DNA of 64,000 nt from Schizochytrium sp. TIO01 (GCA_004764695.1 SMSO01000033.1:1860001-1924000), one strand, 5' to 3'; counted from the stretch's first letter, positions 11,251-23,000 are shown. The notes: generated by a model not told the origin, from the letters alone. A program made the numbers and translations.

Positions 11251-12529
11251 CCTTGTCCGTGCCAGAAAGGTTAGGGTATACCCTACTAAAGATCAGCGTA
11301 CACAGTTGCTTAAATGGTTTGGTGTCACTAGAAGAGCCTACAATACTGGCGTTGCGTTTCACCGAGACATGGCGAAGGGCGAGGAAGAAGCCATCAAATT
11401 GCATCAAGAAGCGTGCATCAAAAAGGATCGTAAGACGAAGCAGGTTTTGGTAGATGAAGATGGGAATCCAAAAACACATCGGGCCCTTGGTGGAGAACTG
11501 AATGCCGTCCGATATAAAGAAAGACATGATCCTCCTAAATGGGTTGTCGAGGTCCCACAGGCTATCCGTGATTCCGGGATTCGGGATTTCTTCAAGGCTC
11601 TTAACTCGGGACGAGCCAAAAACGAAGAACTCGCTGCACAAAAGAAAGTTCACGAGCAATCTTTTTATAAGTTTCGGACCAAGCGTGACGAATCACAGAT
11701 TTTCGAAGTGAATGCACGTACCTGGAATGCGAAGAAATCAAAGACCTCCAACTTTCTAAAAGAATTCCGAATGCGTAAAGAAAAGTTCCCCGACCAGATT
11801 TCGAACGCCATGCGTGTGCAAATGAATCGCCTTGGGCATGTCTACTTCTGCTTCTTACGAGAAGAAAAAAAGCGTCCAATGGACCAGGCACCCAAGGGGC
11901 ACCATGGTGTCATTGCTCTAGACCCGGGTGTTCGCTCGTTTCAGACGATGTATGACGCCGATGGCCGCGCCATTGAATGGGGCACAGGGAAAGATTTTAG
12001 AACCATATTCTATCTCTGTCGCCGCGTTGATAAGATCCAAAGCAGCATTGATAAAAAGAAAACTGCATCCAGTGATAAAGACAATTTCAACACCCCCTTG
12101 AAGCGCGCCTTCTATCGCGCCCAACTCAAGATCAAGAACAAGATCACTGAGATTCACCGCAAGCTCGCGCTTTGGCTTTGTGAAAACTATCGTGTTATTC
12201 TCTTGCCTAAATTCGAAACCTCTAAGATGAGTAGGAGGATGGAGCGACGGATCTCCAAGAAGTCTGTTCGAATGATGTGTCGTTGGCGCCATTTTGGGTT
12301 CCGACAGGCTCTCATTCATAAGGCTGAGATGTTCCCGTGGTGCAAGCTTGTTCTTTGCCAAGAGAGCTACACTTCAAAAACATGCAATGAGTGCGGTACC
12401 CTCCACCATAACCTCGGGGCATCCAAGATTTTCCAATGCCCTAATCCCAAGTGCAACCATGTAGCAGACCGTGATGTCCATGCCGCAAGAGGCATCCTTT
12501 TACGCTACCTATCCAAGGACATGATTTAA
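10592..12529 (+). CDS. tnpB: Fanzor2 (eukaryotic TnpB-like RNA-guided RuvC nuclease); start uncertain (in-frame ATGs at 10724, 10880, 11054)
   Basis: RKVRVYPTKDQ...WFG..R..YN N-terminal motif. RuvC-I IALDPGVRSF (Asp 11921). The canonical RuvC-II Glu position holds Pro (ILLPKF), with a relocated Glu in QESYTSKTC (12362). Zn finger CNEC...CPNPKC. RuvC-III DRDVHAARGIL (Asp 12473). NSWY motif and basic NLS-like RKKRARTKARKTTKK. No internal stops. Confidence 0.93.
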   Translation: MEQTSNTNQQSSFTGSLGSQQAPFGAGPTADACASRASPEASASMPATMLSASLIAVPPAASNAALDVPLSTPECPRSSKRRTSNARLAISSAPTQMLPPSTKTSVAGSISNAKVCAPYWTPVTAAESAKLWSCTATDLRESQSTSWNTFSKDKMSNSWYTAKMHMPETQTPSPKTSSESSPSLWHRITENEQRKIDGDDAARKKRARTKARKTTKKEYDLVRARKVRVYPTKDQRTQLLKWFGVTRRAYNTGVAFHRDMAKGEEEAIKLHQEACIKKDRKTKQVLVDEDGNPKTHRALGGELNAVRYKERHDPPKWVVEVPQAIRDSGIRDFFKALNSGRAKNEELAAQKKVHEQSFYKFRTKRDESQIFEVNARTWNAKKSKTSNFLKEFRMRKEKFPDQISNAMRVQMNRLGHVYFCFLREEKKRPMDQAPKGHHGVIALDPGVRSFQTMYDADGRAIEWGTGKDFRTIFYLCRRVDKIQSSIDKKKTASSDKDNFNTPLKRAFYRAQLKIKNKITEIHRKLALWLCENYRVILLPKFETSKMSRRMERRISKKSVRMMCRWRHFGFRQALIHKAEMFPWCKLVLCQESYTSKTCNECGTLHHNLGASKIFQCPNPKCNHVADRDVHAARGILLRYLSKDMI

Positions 12530-12655
12530 AAAAATCATTTCATTGAGTCGCGGGTTAGTCTAACTAGCTCGTGATGGAGTCTAGCTCCTTCTATGAAATG
12601 CAAGTTTTGCAAATTTTATAGTAAAATCTAAGAGTCCAAATCGGAGATTTTATTC
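12530..12655 (+). ncRNA. Candidate omegaRNA (fRNA) scaffold at the element right end
   Basis: Nested stems begin just after the Fanzor stop. CATTTCAT (12536-43) pairs with ATGAAATG (12593-600). It encloses a 12-bp stem with three G-U pairs (12548-12574) and a GGAG/CTCC stem (12576-12588). A further stem is possible at 12621-28/12646-53. The position matches known TnpB/Fanzor guide scaffolds. Confidence 0.65.
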
Positions 12656-13753
12656 AACTGAAAACCTAGCAAACTATTACGAACTTTGAAAAGAAAGGAG
12701 GGCAGTAGCAATCTCAGACGGTTATCTACCTTCAGGACTTCGAGGATGAATTTTATGTTTTGTAGTTGACTTAGGAGTGAAGGAATCAGAAAGTTTTGGC
12801 TTTGCTTTGTTTATGGGGGCTGTCACACCTGACCCAGCAAACTCAGCCTCCAAGGATTGTATACTACTCTGTGTCCTGGATGTCATACGGGCAACCTAGC
12901 ACAGAATACCTAGTCGCTCTATCAACGTCGAATTCAAAGCTTACAATCCTGCACATTGATAATCTTGCTTGATCGTCTCGTGAATCCCTCCAGGTTGTTG
13001 GAATTGTCGGATTAGACTGTTGAACATTGAGCACAACCAATTATCTTCATTTGAGGCGTTAACATCTTATATCACTGAATATCCATTATCGCATCAGTAC
13101 CTTACTTCGTTTTTTGGTGAAGAATAAGCACGATCATAAACTGTCTAAGAGCAACCATTTGGGGTGTGTTCAATGAATTACTCTAAGCCAAACCAAAACG
13201 CTATGCAAGGCAAAAATGATGTTTTTCAGTATGATCACTCCACCTTGAGTTCCATTAAGAGTTATTTAGAACAAAAATTCTTGAAGATCATCGCCATCTA
13301 AAATATTAGATAAAATCGCTGTAATATTATTTCCAAAACACCATCGTGTGGCAGATGGCAGTTTATCAAGCTTGCATTCATAATAAATCAGGTATCATTT
13401 GTGGATATATCTGATATATTTGACGAGAGATGTAGTTACGACTCATCCTGAACCTATCATTCAAGTAAAGTTGATAGTAGTAAAACTTGTATCCTGATAT
13501 TTCAAATCAATTTACTAGCTTTTTGTCGAAGAAACATGACTCTCACGAATTCTGCTGTCGCTCAGTATAGAGGGTATGAATAATAGAATTATTTTAAATT
13601 GAATATTTGCTGACGCAGTCGTTTTTTTGTTCTGTTTGCTGTCTGTAGTTTTCTGTTTTTAAAATCCTGTATCAATTGCTCATCTCTCGCTTTTAAAATT
13701 CTAAGCTTACAGGTTTAAGATTGATCAATCAAGCCTAGCAATATTTTTGGCTT

Positions 13754-14178
13754 TGTAGAATATCCAATGGAAGCAATTAATTGACAAGACATTGCTAGCG
13801 TTATAGGCATCCCTTTGTAAGAAACTATGAATATAAGATTTACAATAGAATAGAACTAGACAATCAGACTCGCCTGGATTAGGAGTCGAGAACCGAAAGT
13901 GCGCATACTTTAATACTAGAACCATTGTTGGAACTTGATGGAACCTGAATTGATAGTGAAAGATGCAAGTTAACCTGACCCCATCAAAAGTGTCTTATGC
14001 AGTTCAAGTATGGCTTACTCCCCTAATTACAACATAAAGCAGTCTGCGTTGGAAGTAGATTCCAAGGACAGCAGTTCTTTTACTCTTAAAATCCTAAAGT
14101 ATCATGCCTTCTTATACACCCTTAGAGCATTCATCAAGCCTCTTGCCTTCATCTCCATAGTTATTGAAGTAATATACA
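13754..14178 (+). repeat. Diverged solo-LTR-like copy, inverted relative to the adjacent copia LTR
   Basis: Starts TGTA and ends TACA. Colinear imperfect match to the reverse complement of 14184-14599, e.g. gacaagacattgctag vs gacaagatattgctag, taacctgaccccatc vs taacctaaccccatc, ggacagcagttc. No PPT upstream or PBS downstream. Confidence 0.65.
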
Positions 14179-14183
14179 GCTAC

Positions 14184-14599
14184 TACTGAAAGGTGATACT
14201 GATTAGCGTGAGGTTGACTGTAAAGATGAAGGTAGAAGGCTTGGTGAAGGCTATAAGAAGGTTGATTTAAGAGTTAGCGAACTGCTGTCCCGAGGAATGA
14301 AATCCAGGACAGATGAATTCATGTAGTAATTAGGGAGATTAAGACATTCTTGAATGTGGTTAGAGATAATCGATGGGGTTAGGTTATGCAACCTTCTCCA
14401 ACCATCGATCCAAGCTAAACCAAGATTGGGTGTCGGTGATGTGTATTCACACTTCTAGTTCTTGACTTCGGCAGCCACCTAAGTCTGGCTGCCTATTCTT
14501 GTTCTAATGTAAACCTTATTTCTGATGGGTTTTACAAAGGGACACCAAGAACTCTAGCAATATCTTGTCCACTAGTTCCTTCGATTAAGGATCTCAGCA
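14184..14599 (-). repeat. 3' LTR of the copia element (~416 bp)
   Basis: Begins immediately after the PPT. Termini TGCTGAGA...TTTCAGTA form an imperfect inverted repeat. Abuts the GCTAC TSD. Confidence 0.7.
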
Positions 14600-14645
14600 C
14601 TCCCCTCAAGTCCACAGTCTGTGCATTCAATAGTGTGTGACTATG

Positions 14646-17600
14646 TCATACATGATCGATGCGAGGCAGTGACTTGGTGAGACAATCGGAGGGGTTCAAT
14701 GTGCCAGGGATATGTGTGATTCGAATGTCACCTGCGTTCAGCTTGATTGACAGATCAAGGTACTTCAATAATAGGTGCTTGTTTCGTGATTGCAAACAAC
14801 CCTGCTCCACTACATTTATTACTGCTTGAGAGTCGGTGAAAATATCAATGCAACTGATGTTGATCCCGAATTCTTCTAGTAAATGTCGGACACCTTCCGC
14901 AGCACGACTAGCTTCGTAGATGCTAATGAGTTCTGCTTCAAAGGTGCTTTGGGCTGTGATAGTCTGTTTGGTTGATTTCCATAACACAGCACTATCATTG
15001 AGTCTTACTACGTATCCACTTACCGATTTCATGTGTGGGTCGTTGATTTGACCAAAGCTTGCATCAGCAAATACATTAATCTTGATATCCTTCACTGAGC
15101 TCTGTCCTTTTAGCACAAGACCATCATTTGTGGTTCCTCTAAGATATCTGAGGGTCCTCTTACATGCGTCCATGTGTACTGGTCCATTCTTGTGTCCGTG
15201 TCTAGATAGTTGGTGAAGTGGGTATCCAAGGTCGATTCGTGTGCAACTGAGGTACATGAGCTTTCCCACAATTGTTCGGTAGTCTGGGTGTTGTTCATCT
15301 TTATCATGGTCAGGAAGATAGCACTTAGCCTCCATTGGTGTTTTACATGAGTTAGCTTTGTCCATCCCGTGATCCTTTAATTTCTTTTCTATATGGACTG
15401 CCTGGGAAATCTTGCATGTTTTTGCATCCAGGTTGAACTCATGTTTGTTACCTAAGTAAGTGGCAGTGGCTGGGTTTATCTCACACTTGACGTCATACTT
15501 TGCTTTTAGAGTGTTGATTGTTTTCTTCACTGAATTCGGAGTTCCTGTGATTAATAGGTCGTCCACATGACTGATGACAATGGCTTCGAGTCCGATAAAG
15601 CAACTTGGGTCGAACTTGCTTTTCCGAAGTCCACAACCTTCTAGGGTTTGGGCTAGGTGTTCAGCCCACCTTCGAGGACTTGTTTTCAGTCCATAGAGGG
15701 ATCTACGAGGACTTGTTTTCAGTCCATAGAGGGATCTAGCAAGTTTGAAGATGCATCCTTCTGGTACTTGTACACCTCTCGGTGGTCGGATGTAGATGGG
15801 TTCCTTTTCATGATCGATTTCTGCTTGTAAGAATGCAGCCGATACATCCAATATCGCGAATGACTAGTTCTTAGTGAGAGCAACAATAATGGCTGTTCTC
15901 AGCGATAATCTGTCCGTGGTTGGGGCGAAAACATCCCACGGAGATGTTAGGGGTTCATTAGTCCCTTGAGCAACTAGCCTGGCCTTGGCGGTTTGCTGAG
16001 GTGTTTTGTATGTGAAAATCCATGCGGCATTGATGATAGTGCCTTTTGCATCCTGTTTGGGTACAATGAGGAAGGTCCCACTCCTTTCAAGATTAGACCA
16101 CTCTTTTCTTATCGCCTCAGTCCATATTTGACGTTCCTGGTATGGTAAACGTAGATAGTCACTGAAGTTTCGAGGCGCGACAATGAGTTTTGATTGTTGG
16201 TCCTGTTTTACTGTTGGTTCAATTCCAACCCGTGTGGATTGAGACTTCTTCTTCTTTGATGGGCTATGCATTTCATGTATTGCAGAGGGACTGTTACAGT
16301 GATCATAACGTGTCCGTTTCTGTAGTGCTTTTGTCCCATCATAGACTTGTGATACCTGCTCCCCCGGGACAAAGGACGGGGAATGGTCAAAAGAAGATGC
16401 CTGTAAAACATGAGAGGGATAGCGATAGGTATTGGCCCTCCCCAGGGCAGCCGCGTCCGCATTTATCCATTGGGTGCGGCGGGAAATTCGTCCACTCCTG
16501 GTCCGTACCTCTGTATTGGGTACGGGCTCCTTGGGATCCTCATCGGGATTCGACCAAGGTGGAGAGTTTGATTCAGACTCCGCATTATCATGTGGAGGAA
16601 TAGACATACGGTCTAGGTTGGATTCAATGTTAGTTGAATCAGCTACATCAGAACTAGTATGTGATGAGCTCGTATTCGCCGGAGAAGTCTCACTTCTATG
16701 GGAGAGTTCTGGCAAAGATAGATTATCGTGAGTCTCCGATAGGTCACAGGACGCTATCCCATCCTGTCGGTGCTCACCCTGACCAGCGTTTGCCTGTCTT
16801 TGAGATTGGGACAGGTCATGCTCGAAATCAGGTTGTATCAAGTCCTGTAGATTTCTAACCCTGCTCGGGTGATCAGGTCGAGATGTCGACAGTATGCGAC
16901 TGGGTGAATCCACGGAGAGGGCATCGTTGTCACACAGCCTGTTAGAGCTGGACGCAGATCCTAAATTGGGAGATGACGCTACCAGTGGGTCGTTTGGACC
17001 TGAGCTGGAAGCGGTCATTGAGGACAAGGAGGAGGAGTTCGACTAGTTAAGGTCACACATCGTAGGAAAGTAGAAGGATTTGAACCGGAGAGATGAGTCT
17101 TTTCTCGAACCGGAGCGTAGATGCTCCCCCATTGTTTTAGGACCTCCTTGTTCCACGGTGTTTTGATTGTTGGTGAACCGTGGGAAGGAGTTCATGACCC
17201 TGTCGACAATGGAATTCTCGAAGAACCGTACATCCCGTGTAGTGATGAGATGTGTAGTGCGGTTGTTCAGGATGAGATATGTAGAGTGGTTGTGATGTCG
17301 TGCCACACCCAGGAACTTGCCACTTAAACCGCGTGGAGCGAGCTTGTTTGGTGGAGCCTGGTCTTTAAACACAACGTCACAACCAAATATATGGAGGTTG
17401 TCTAGAGACGGCGAACGACCATAGTGAATCTCAAAGGGAGATTGTGTGGAACGTTGGGATGGAAGTCTGTTACGAATGTAACAAGCGTATTCATACGCAA
17501 AATACCAACAGCGAGAGGGAAGTTCAGCCGCCATAAGCATGGCTCTAGCCATCCGAAGGAGAACCCCATTCAAGGATTCAGCTGGGTGAAGAGCATGAGC

Positions 17601-19377
17601 CCCGCTGGGACTAATTGAAAGACTCCATCCCCATTGTGTGCAAGTTTCCTTGAATGTGCCACCAACGAAATAGGAAGCTCCATCAACATATAGTCGTGCT
17701 CGTCACTTCAAAACCATGCCAGTCTGCCCTCCATTGGTGAAGAGCAGTCGTGACTTGAGTGAGAGATTTTAATCCATAGCATTGTGCGATGCCAGAAACT
17801 AGATCCCGAATCACTAAGGCATGCTTGTAGCCATGTAGGAAGGAGGATTGAAATGGGCCAACGACGTCTAATGTAGCAGCCTGGCGAGGTGCGGTTGCTC
17901 GTGACTCGTGTGGGCCTTGAGGGACAGGTCTGGTTTTGATGTTGGCTAAAGCACAGGTCGGACACGAAAACTGTATTTTGGACGGAGGGACTTGGAGAAC
18001 ACGAGCCATACGAGTGATGTTGGGATGGCCTAATCGCAGGTGAGCGGCAAGCCAATCTCTCTGACGATTAGAGGAGACGGCCAACAATGCATGAGAAGGA
18101 GCTAGTCACTCTTGACGTATGCATGGTGAGCCATGATAGTCGCCGAGAATGACGGTATCTCCCCTTGGAGTAGAGAGCTCTCATCGTTGTGGTCCCAATG
18201 AGACCACAAAGTTGCGATCCGTGAGGTCGCGAACCGCAACGAGAGTGGGTGCTGGAGAGGGAACATAGTCTGCATCGATGGTTACAGTGATGGTTTTCCC
18301 TTTTGTGTTTTTCATTTTAACTTGAATTTGTCCTACTTGGGTGATATCCATGGTTTCACCGTTTGCAACCGTGATCCGTCGAGGTGCAGGAAGTTGTTCC
18401 AGGGATTGGAATAGGTTGCGATCACCGGTCATTGTTTTGGAACAGCCGCTGTCTAAGAGAATGACATCAGACGGAATAGACTGTGACAGGGCCATAAAGG
18501 AGAATAAGCCTGTCGAAGGATGAGTGGCGTGATTGAAATACGCCAAGTTCGGATCCAAATGCGAGTGTGTTTGAGGAGTCTGTAAGTTGCGTTTGGCTCG
18601 TTTTGAGCGTGTGTGAGATCGAGAATGTGACTGTTGTTGTTGGGCGGAGTTAGGTGTCGCTCTGCAATCGCGCCCATAGTGGCCGCGACGACCACAGTTG
18701 GCACAAGTAATGTGCTGATGGAACTTGGATTGTCTGGGATTCTTGGAGGTTTTGGAGACAGCCACTAACGCCCAGGGATCAGTGGTAGTTGGAGCATTTA
18801 TTTTTGGTTTATGTGGGTGATTGGCTACCGCCCTTTGAATAGTATGAATGGCTTTGGTGATCTGGAGTTGAGGTTCAAGTACTTCATTGATAGCTACCTC
18901 GTACTTACCTCCAGTGACTTCATGGAAGCGCATCAGACTAAGCAGTGTAACTAGTTCGAGTGGGTCAGTGTTGAGTGCAACTAGTTGTTCGCCTATGTTG
19001 ATGATTTGATAGAAAAATCCATTGCATACTTCAAAACTCTCGCCAGCTGTAGAGACAATTGCAGAACGGAGTAGCTTTTCCATTCGTTGAAGTATCTGCA
19101 CTTTACCTCGTGCACTTGATTCTGCAAACAGTTCATTGAGACGGTGCCACGCATGGATACCAGACTTGTGTGGGTTCGAGGCGGTGATAATATATAGCTT
19201 GTCTTGAGCATTTTCAGCTGCCTGAGTCAGGATCTGGTACAACTTCTGATCTCGGTCATACCAGATTTCTGGGGTGGGTGCATTGGCTATGTTCTCGGGT
19301 GTGAGACCATAGGTGCTGAGAAAATTGAAGAGTTTGACTCTATACTGATCCCAGGTTCCCTTCATGTCATCTGACAT
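14646..19377 (-). pseudogene. Copia gag-pol polyprotein with several in-frame stops and one frameshift
   Basis: Zn knuckle CANCGRRGHYGRDC; protease LLDSGCS; pre-integrase HLRLGH...CPTC; integrase LDVVGP, DG, PAES; RT KARLVAQG, DVSAAFLQ, SLYGLK, HVDDLL; RNase H FADASF, EAE, FTDSQ, NPSDCLTK. Stops at 18181, ~18107, 17043 and 15864; frameshift near 17685. Confidence 0.95.
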
Positions 19378-20004
19378 GAGAAGAAGTTCGATTGGAGATC
19401 TCAGCAGCTACTGCCTAACCTATTTTAACCTAACCTAATCAAGCTCTCCTGTCCACACATTCATCCCTGCCTGTATGCAGACCCGAAACCCCAATAACTC
19501 ATATATCATCCTCTTTCTTTCTCTTTCTCTTGAGTTCGTCATCCTAGTCAAACTACCTCTGTACGCTTCACAGCACAAGCTATTCTGCAATAATAGTCAA
19601 CCTCTAGATGACCAGATTCATCTCTGCAATTCTTAATATGTAAAGAAAATTGGCACGGTACTGAAAGGTGTCAAGTTAGTTGGACATGGTAAAGATATCT
19701 TAAGTCACGCATTTGAATTTACATAATTCATTCAAGACACTTGCTAGATTCCCAGATTTGGTCCTCATCCAATCCGTGTTCGCTTGTAGCTCGGGCCTCA
19801 TGAAGATTATTCGTGCAGATAGTTGCCCCGATCACGCTCTTCATTCTAACAAAAATAAAGGGGACAAATCTCCTGAACACGACCAAATTATACAAGTTAC
19901 CTGCGCGTGTTTGATTCGATATTTATCGCATCTTTTTGTACAAAGTTGAAAGGAAAAGGTGTTATTTGACTGCCAACATTTATATATATTAAACAGAAGC
20001 TTAA

Positions 20005-23000
20005 TTAAGAACTGCTCGAACATCCAATCTTGTTGTTGTGATTGTATGTCATTGTGACATTGAATGAGTACATCGGGCGACAGTTAGCTTCAGGGTCTTC
20101 GAAGAGAGGACACGAGGAGATATCTAGATCGCACTGTTCGAAGCGAACGGGGTAGATAAAGAGAGGATAGTATTTGCTGCTCCATGCGTTGATGACCAAT
20201 TGATTGTTGCAGGGACGGTAAGTCTCAGGGATGAAAAAGAGCTCTACCCAGTCTTCATCAGAAGAACCTGGGTTGTACTGGACCGAAACTCCCATAGTAC
20301 AGGAGTCGTACTTATCACGAGTATTGTACTTCGTAACGGAACTAGCACACGAGCTTTCCTGGAAGAATGACATGGAGTACGCATCACCCACTGAGTGATA
20401 TGTCTCAAAGATTTTGTAATAGGAATCATCTGAATCACTAGAAACCACGTTCTTGCACTCACTCAAAAACTTTTTCTTAGACAGTGAACCTTTCATGGGA
20501 AGCAAAGCAGTGCACACCGCATTCAGCCACCTCTTCGCGCGAGCTAGAGACGAGTCGCTCTTCCTGTAAATATTGTTGTAACACTGTTCAACAGACCAGC
20601 CGCTCGGACGATTGGCTGCCTCGCACCACTTCATAATACCACCTTCAATCTCGTTCAGAGTGCAGGACTTTGACCAGAATGCTTTGCATGCCCATTGGTC
20701 AGGATTCAAATTATTCTGGCAGATAACACCATCGTTGTTTCTTGTGTATTCCTGTCCGTACTGATCCATATCTCCTGAAGGGCAATACCCTTCCCCAGTT
20801 ATATTTTGGTGTCCACGTGGCTCAATCAGGGTCTCCAAATTGAAGCGGTAGCCACCCATGAGAGTTGGATCGCCACCCTCAAGGATCATCTTGATGCAGA
20901 CAACACGGAAGAACACTCCCGTTTCGCCATCGTAGACATTCCATACGCGTTCATATGCTCCATACCCATCATCTCCGCCTTCAATGTAGGAAAGTGTGAG
21001 CGCATCACCTACAGTAGTATCATTCCAACCAGGATACAGATTAGTATTGGTGCGTTCTTCAAAACATTTTTGGGGGTCGAGGGAAAAGTAACCTAGCTTA
21101 GTTTGGAGAAACATCTCGGTCAACACGGATCGCTCACCCATACTAAAACTTAGATCAAAGGGATCACTGGTTGAATATGCAGAAATCTTAGCAACGCCAG
21201 ATAATTCATAGTTCGCTTGGCAAGGAGATCCATATACACCAATAAGCGCCCACTTGTTTCCAATTTGTTCGGCGACAGTTTCATTCCAAGTACAATTATT
21301 GCCAGCATGGTCAAGAAGAAGCTCACAACGTGTTTCATCTTGTTTGCAAGTGTCAGTGTCCCTGGAATCACATATGATCAGCTCATCACGTTCGCCATCG
21401 AAACCTTCACCGTATGGATCGCCCCAAATTGTACAATTTTTGCAGCATGTGATGATATCTTCGGGAAACGTGAAATCCAGGGTCAGAGTACCACCAGATT
21501 TCTTTTTCTTCAGCTGATCGCAGTAATCACTCGTGCTGCTGTCGGCCGTGTTGCAATACGCTGTTTCAAGGGTGAGGTCACGGCATTCAGTAGATGAGTG
21601 GTTCACGATAAAGTTGTTTGTCCCACAACAACCATCGCAACTACCTAAGGTGTAGGGTGCAGCGTCTGTTGCTTCGCAGATTTCGGGACTATCGTCTTGG
21701 TTGGTCGTTGTGCAACTGCAAATTCCATCTTCACCGCAAATATTTTCATAGACAATCGAGGCAGTGACAGCTGGAACTGGTGAACACCCCAGTTGCTCGC
21801 GCTTTTTAATCAAACATTCCCCGCTCAAACCACACTGGCGCCAACGCAGTTGATTAATAAAGAGTTCAGGATACGCCGAACCATTGACACTTAAGAGAAC
21901 GTTATCGCAAATTGGCTTATCAGGAGGAAAGTAAAACTGAGGAACCCATTCATCATCAAGTTTATACTCAAGCATGACGCCTTTAGCGCACTCCTCATCA
22001 TCAGGCATATCTAAGAAGTCGGAAAGGGAGTCGTAGCAGCTGTCGCTTTGGTCGTCGGCCCAGACATGCTTGATAAGACCCTGATAGGCATTTGCCCAGG
22101 TTGTCCAGGTGTTCTCTCCAACGCTGCTGCTGCTAGTGAGACATTCAGTCACATACGTTGACATATCCGTAGACGAAGAGTCATATGTTTCTACGCCAGT
22201 TGTATAAACATAGTTCATCTGGCAAGCGTAGGTCGCCCAAGCTGTAGATTGCTCTTCCTCTGTACCACTTGTAATATCAGCGATGCATTGTGAGACCATT
22301 TCGCTGTAGATATCCGTTGTTTCAGATGCTTGCGTACCCTTCAACTCGGCACTTTCACACCAGTATTCTTGCCATCCAGGCACGCTAACAGCTTTGCAGC
22401 TATCATCCGCTAAATATCGGCACGTGTTTGTGAGGTCTGATAGATAGGATAGCAAACATTTCATGTGTAAGGACTTTGAGATATCCACGTTGCTTCCACT
22501 CATGCTGCCCTTGGAGATAACTCTATCAAAGCAAACACCTGAGCCATCTTCATGAAACTGATAATCCATAACACGTTCAACGTCAATGCGTGTACGCTCC
22601 GAGCTTTCACCTTGGGTGCAAACAAGGTCAACAAAAAAGCCTGTTGTCTTGTCACCCACGGTCCAAAGAACTTCGACGTCATTGGGCAGCGATGCTGACC
22701 ACCAAGATGGAATTGTATCGACCGTCGATGGCAACGTCCAAGCCTTCCAGGCTTCATCTGTTCCAACGTCACGCGGACTATAGTCGAAGCAAGCATCCGA
22801 GTTCAAAGTGAACGGCTCCGAGTAGTCAGGAAGTTGCACGCTTACATTAAGAATTACACCTCGTTCACCAGTCACAAGCCAAACTTTGAAACCATCGTCG
22901 GTGTCTACCATCGTCAGCTCATTGTATCCGCTCAATTCGAAGTCAGGCTGGCAAGGGGATCCAGATTGAGCAAAATTTACCCAACTACTTGTCTTTTTGA

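Larger units (their letters stand above)
10420..12655 (+). mobile_element. IS607-family element (tnpA serine recombinase + Fanzor2/TnpB); boundaries approximate
   Basis: MerR-like HTH plus serine recombinase ORF overlapping a RuvC/Zn-finger TnpB-like ORF, the standard IS607 architecture. Forms a GC-rich island in AT-rich flanks. Ends not resolved; IS607 lacks TIRs and typical TSDs. Confidence 0.88.
14184..19406 (-). mobile_element. Degenerate Ty1/copia LTR retrotransposon
   Basis: Domain order gag-PR-IN-RT-RH. PPT GAGGGGAG (14607-14600, minus strand) precedes an LTR starting TGCTGAGA. Identical 5-bp TSD GCTAC at 14179-14183 and 19407-19411. Confidence 0.9.

Noticed and set aside
10592-12529. 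Cas12 effector, or catalytically dead TnpB because the canonical RuvC-II Glu is missing
   Set aside because: No array, IS607 context and small size argue against Cas12. The Glu is relocated to QESYTSKTC, as in Fanzors.
19412-19440. Telomere-like CCTAA repeats next to the copia end
   Set aside because: Only about three imperfect units at an internal site; insufficient support.
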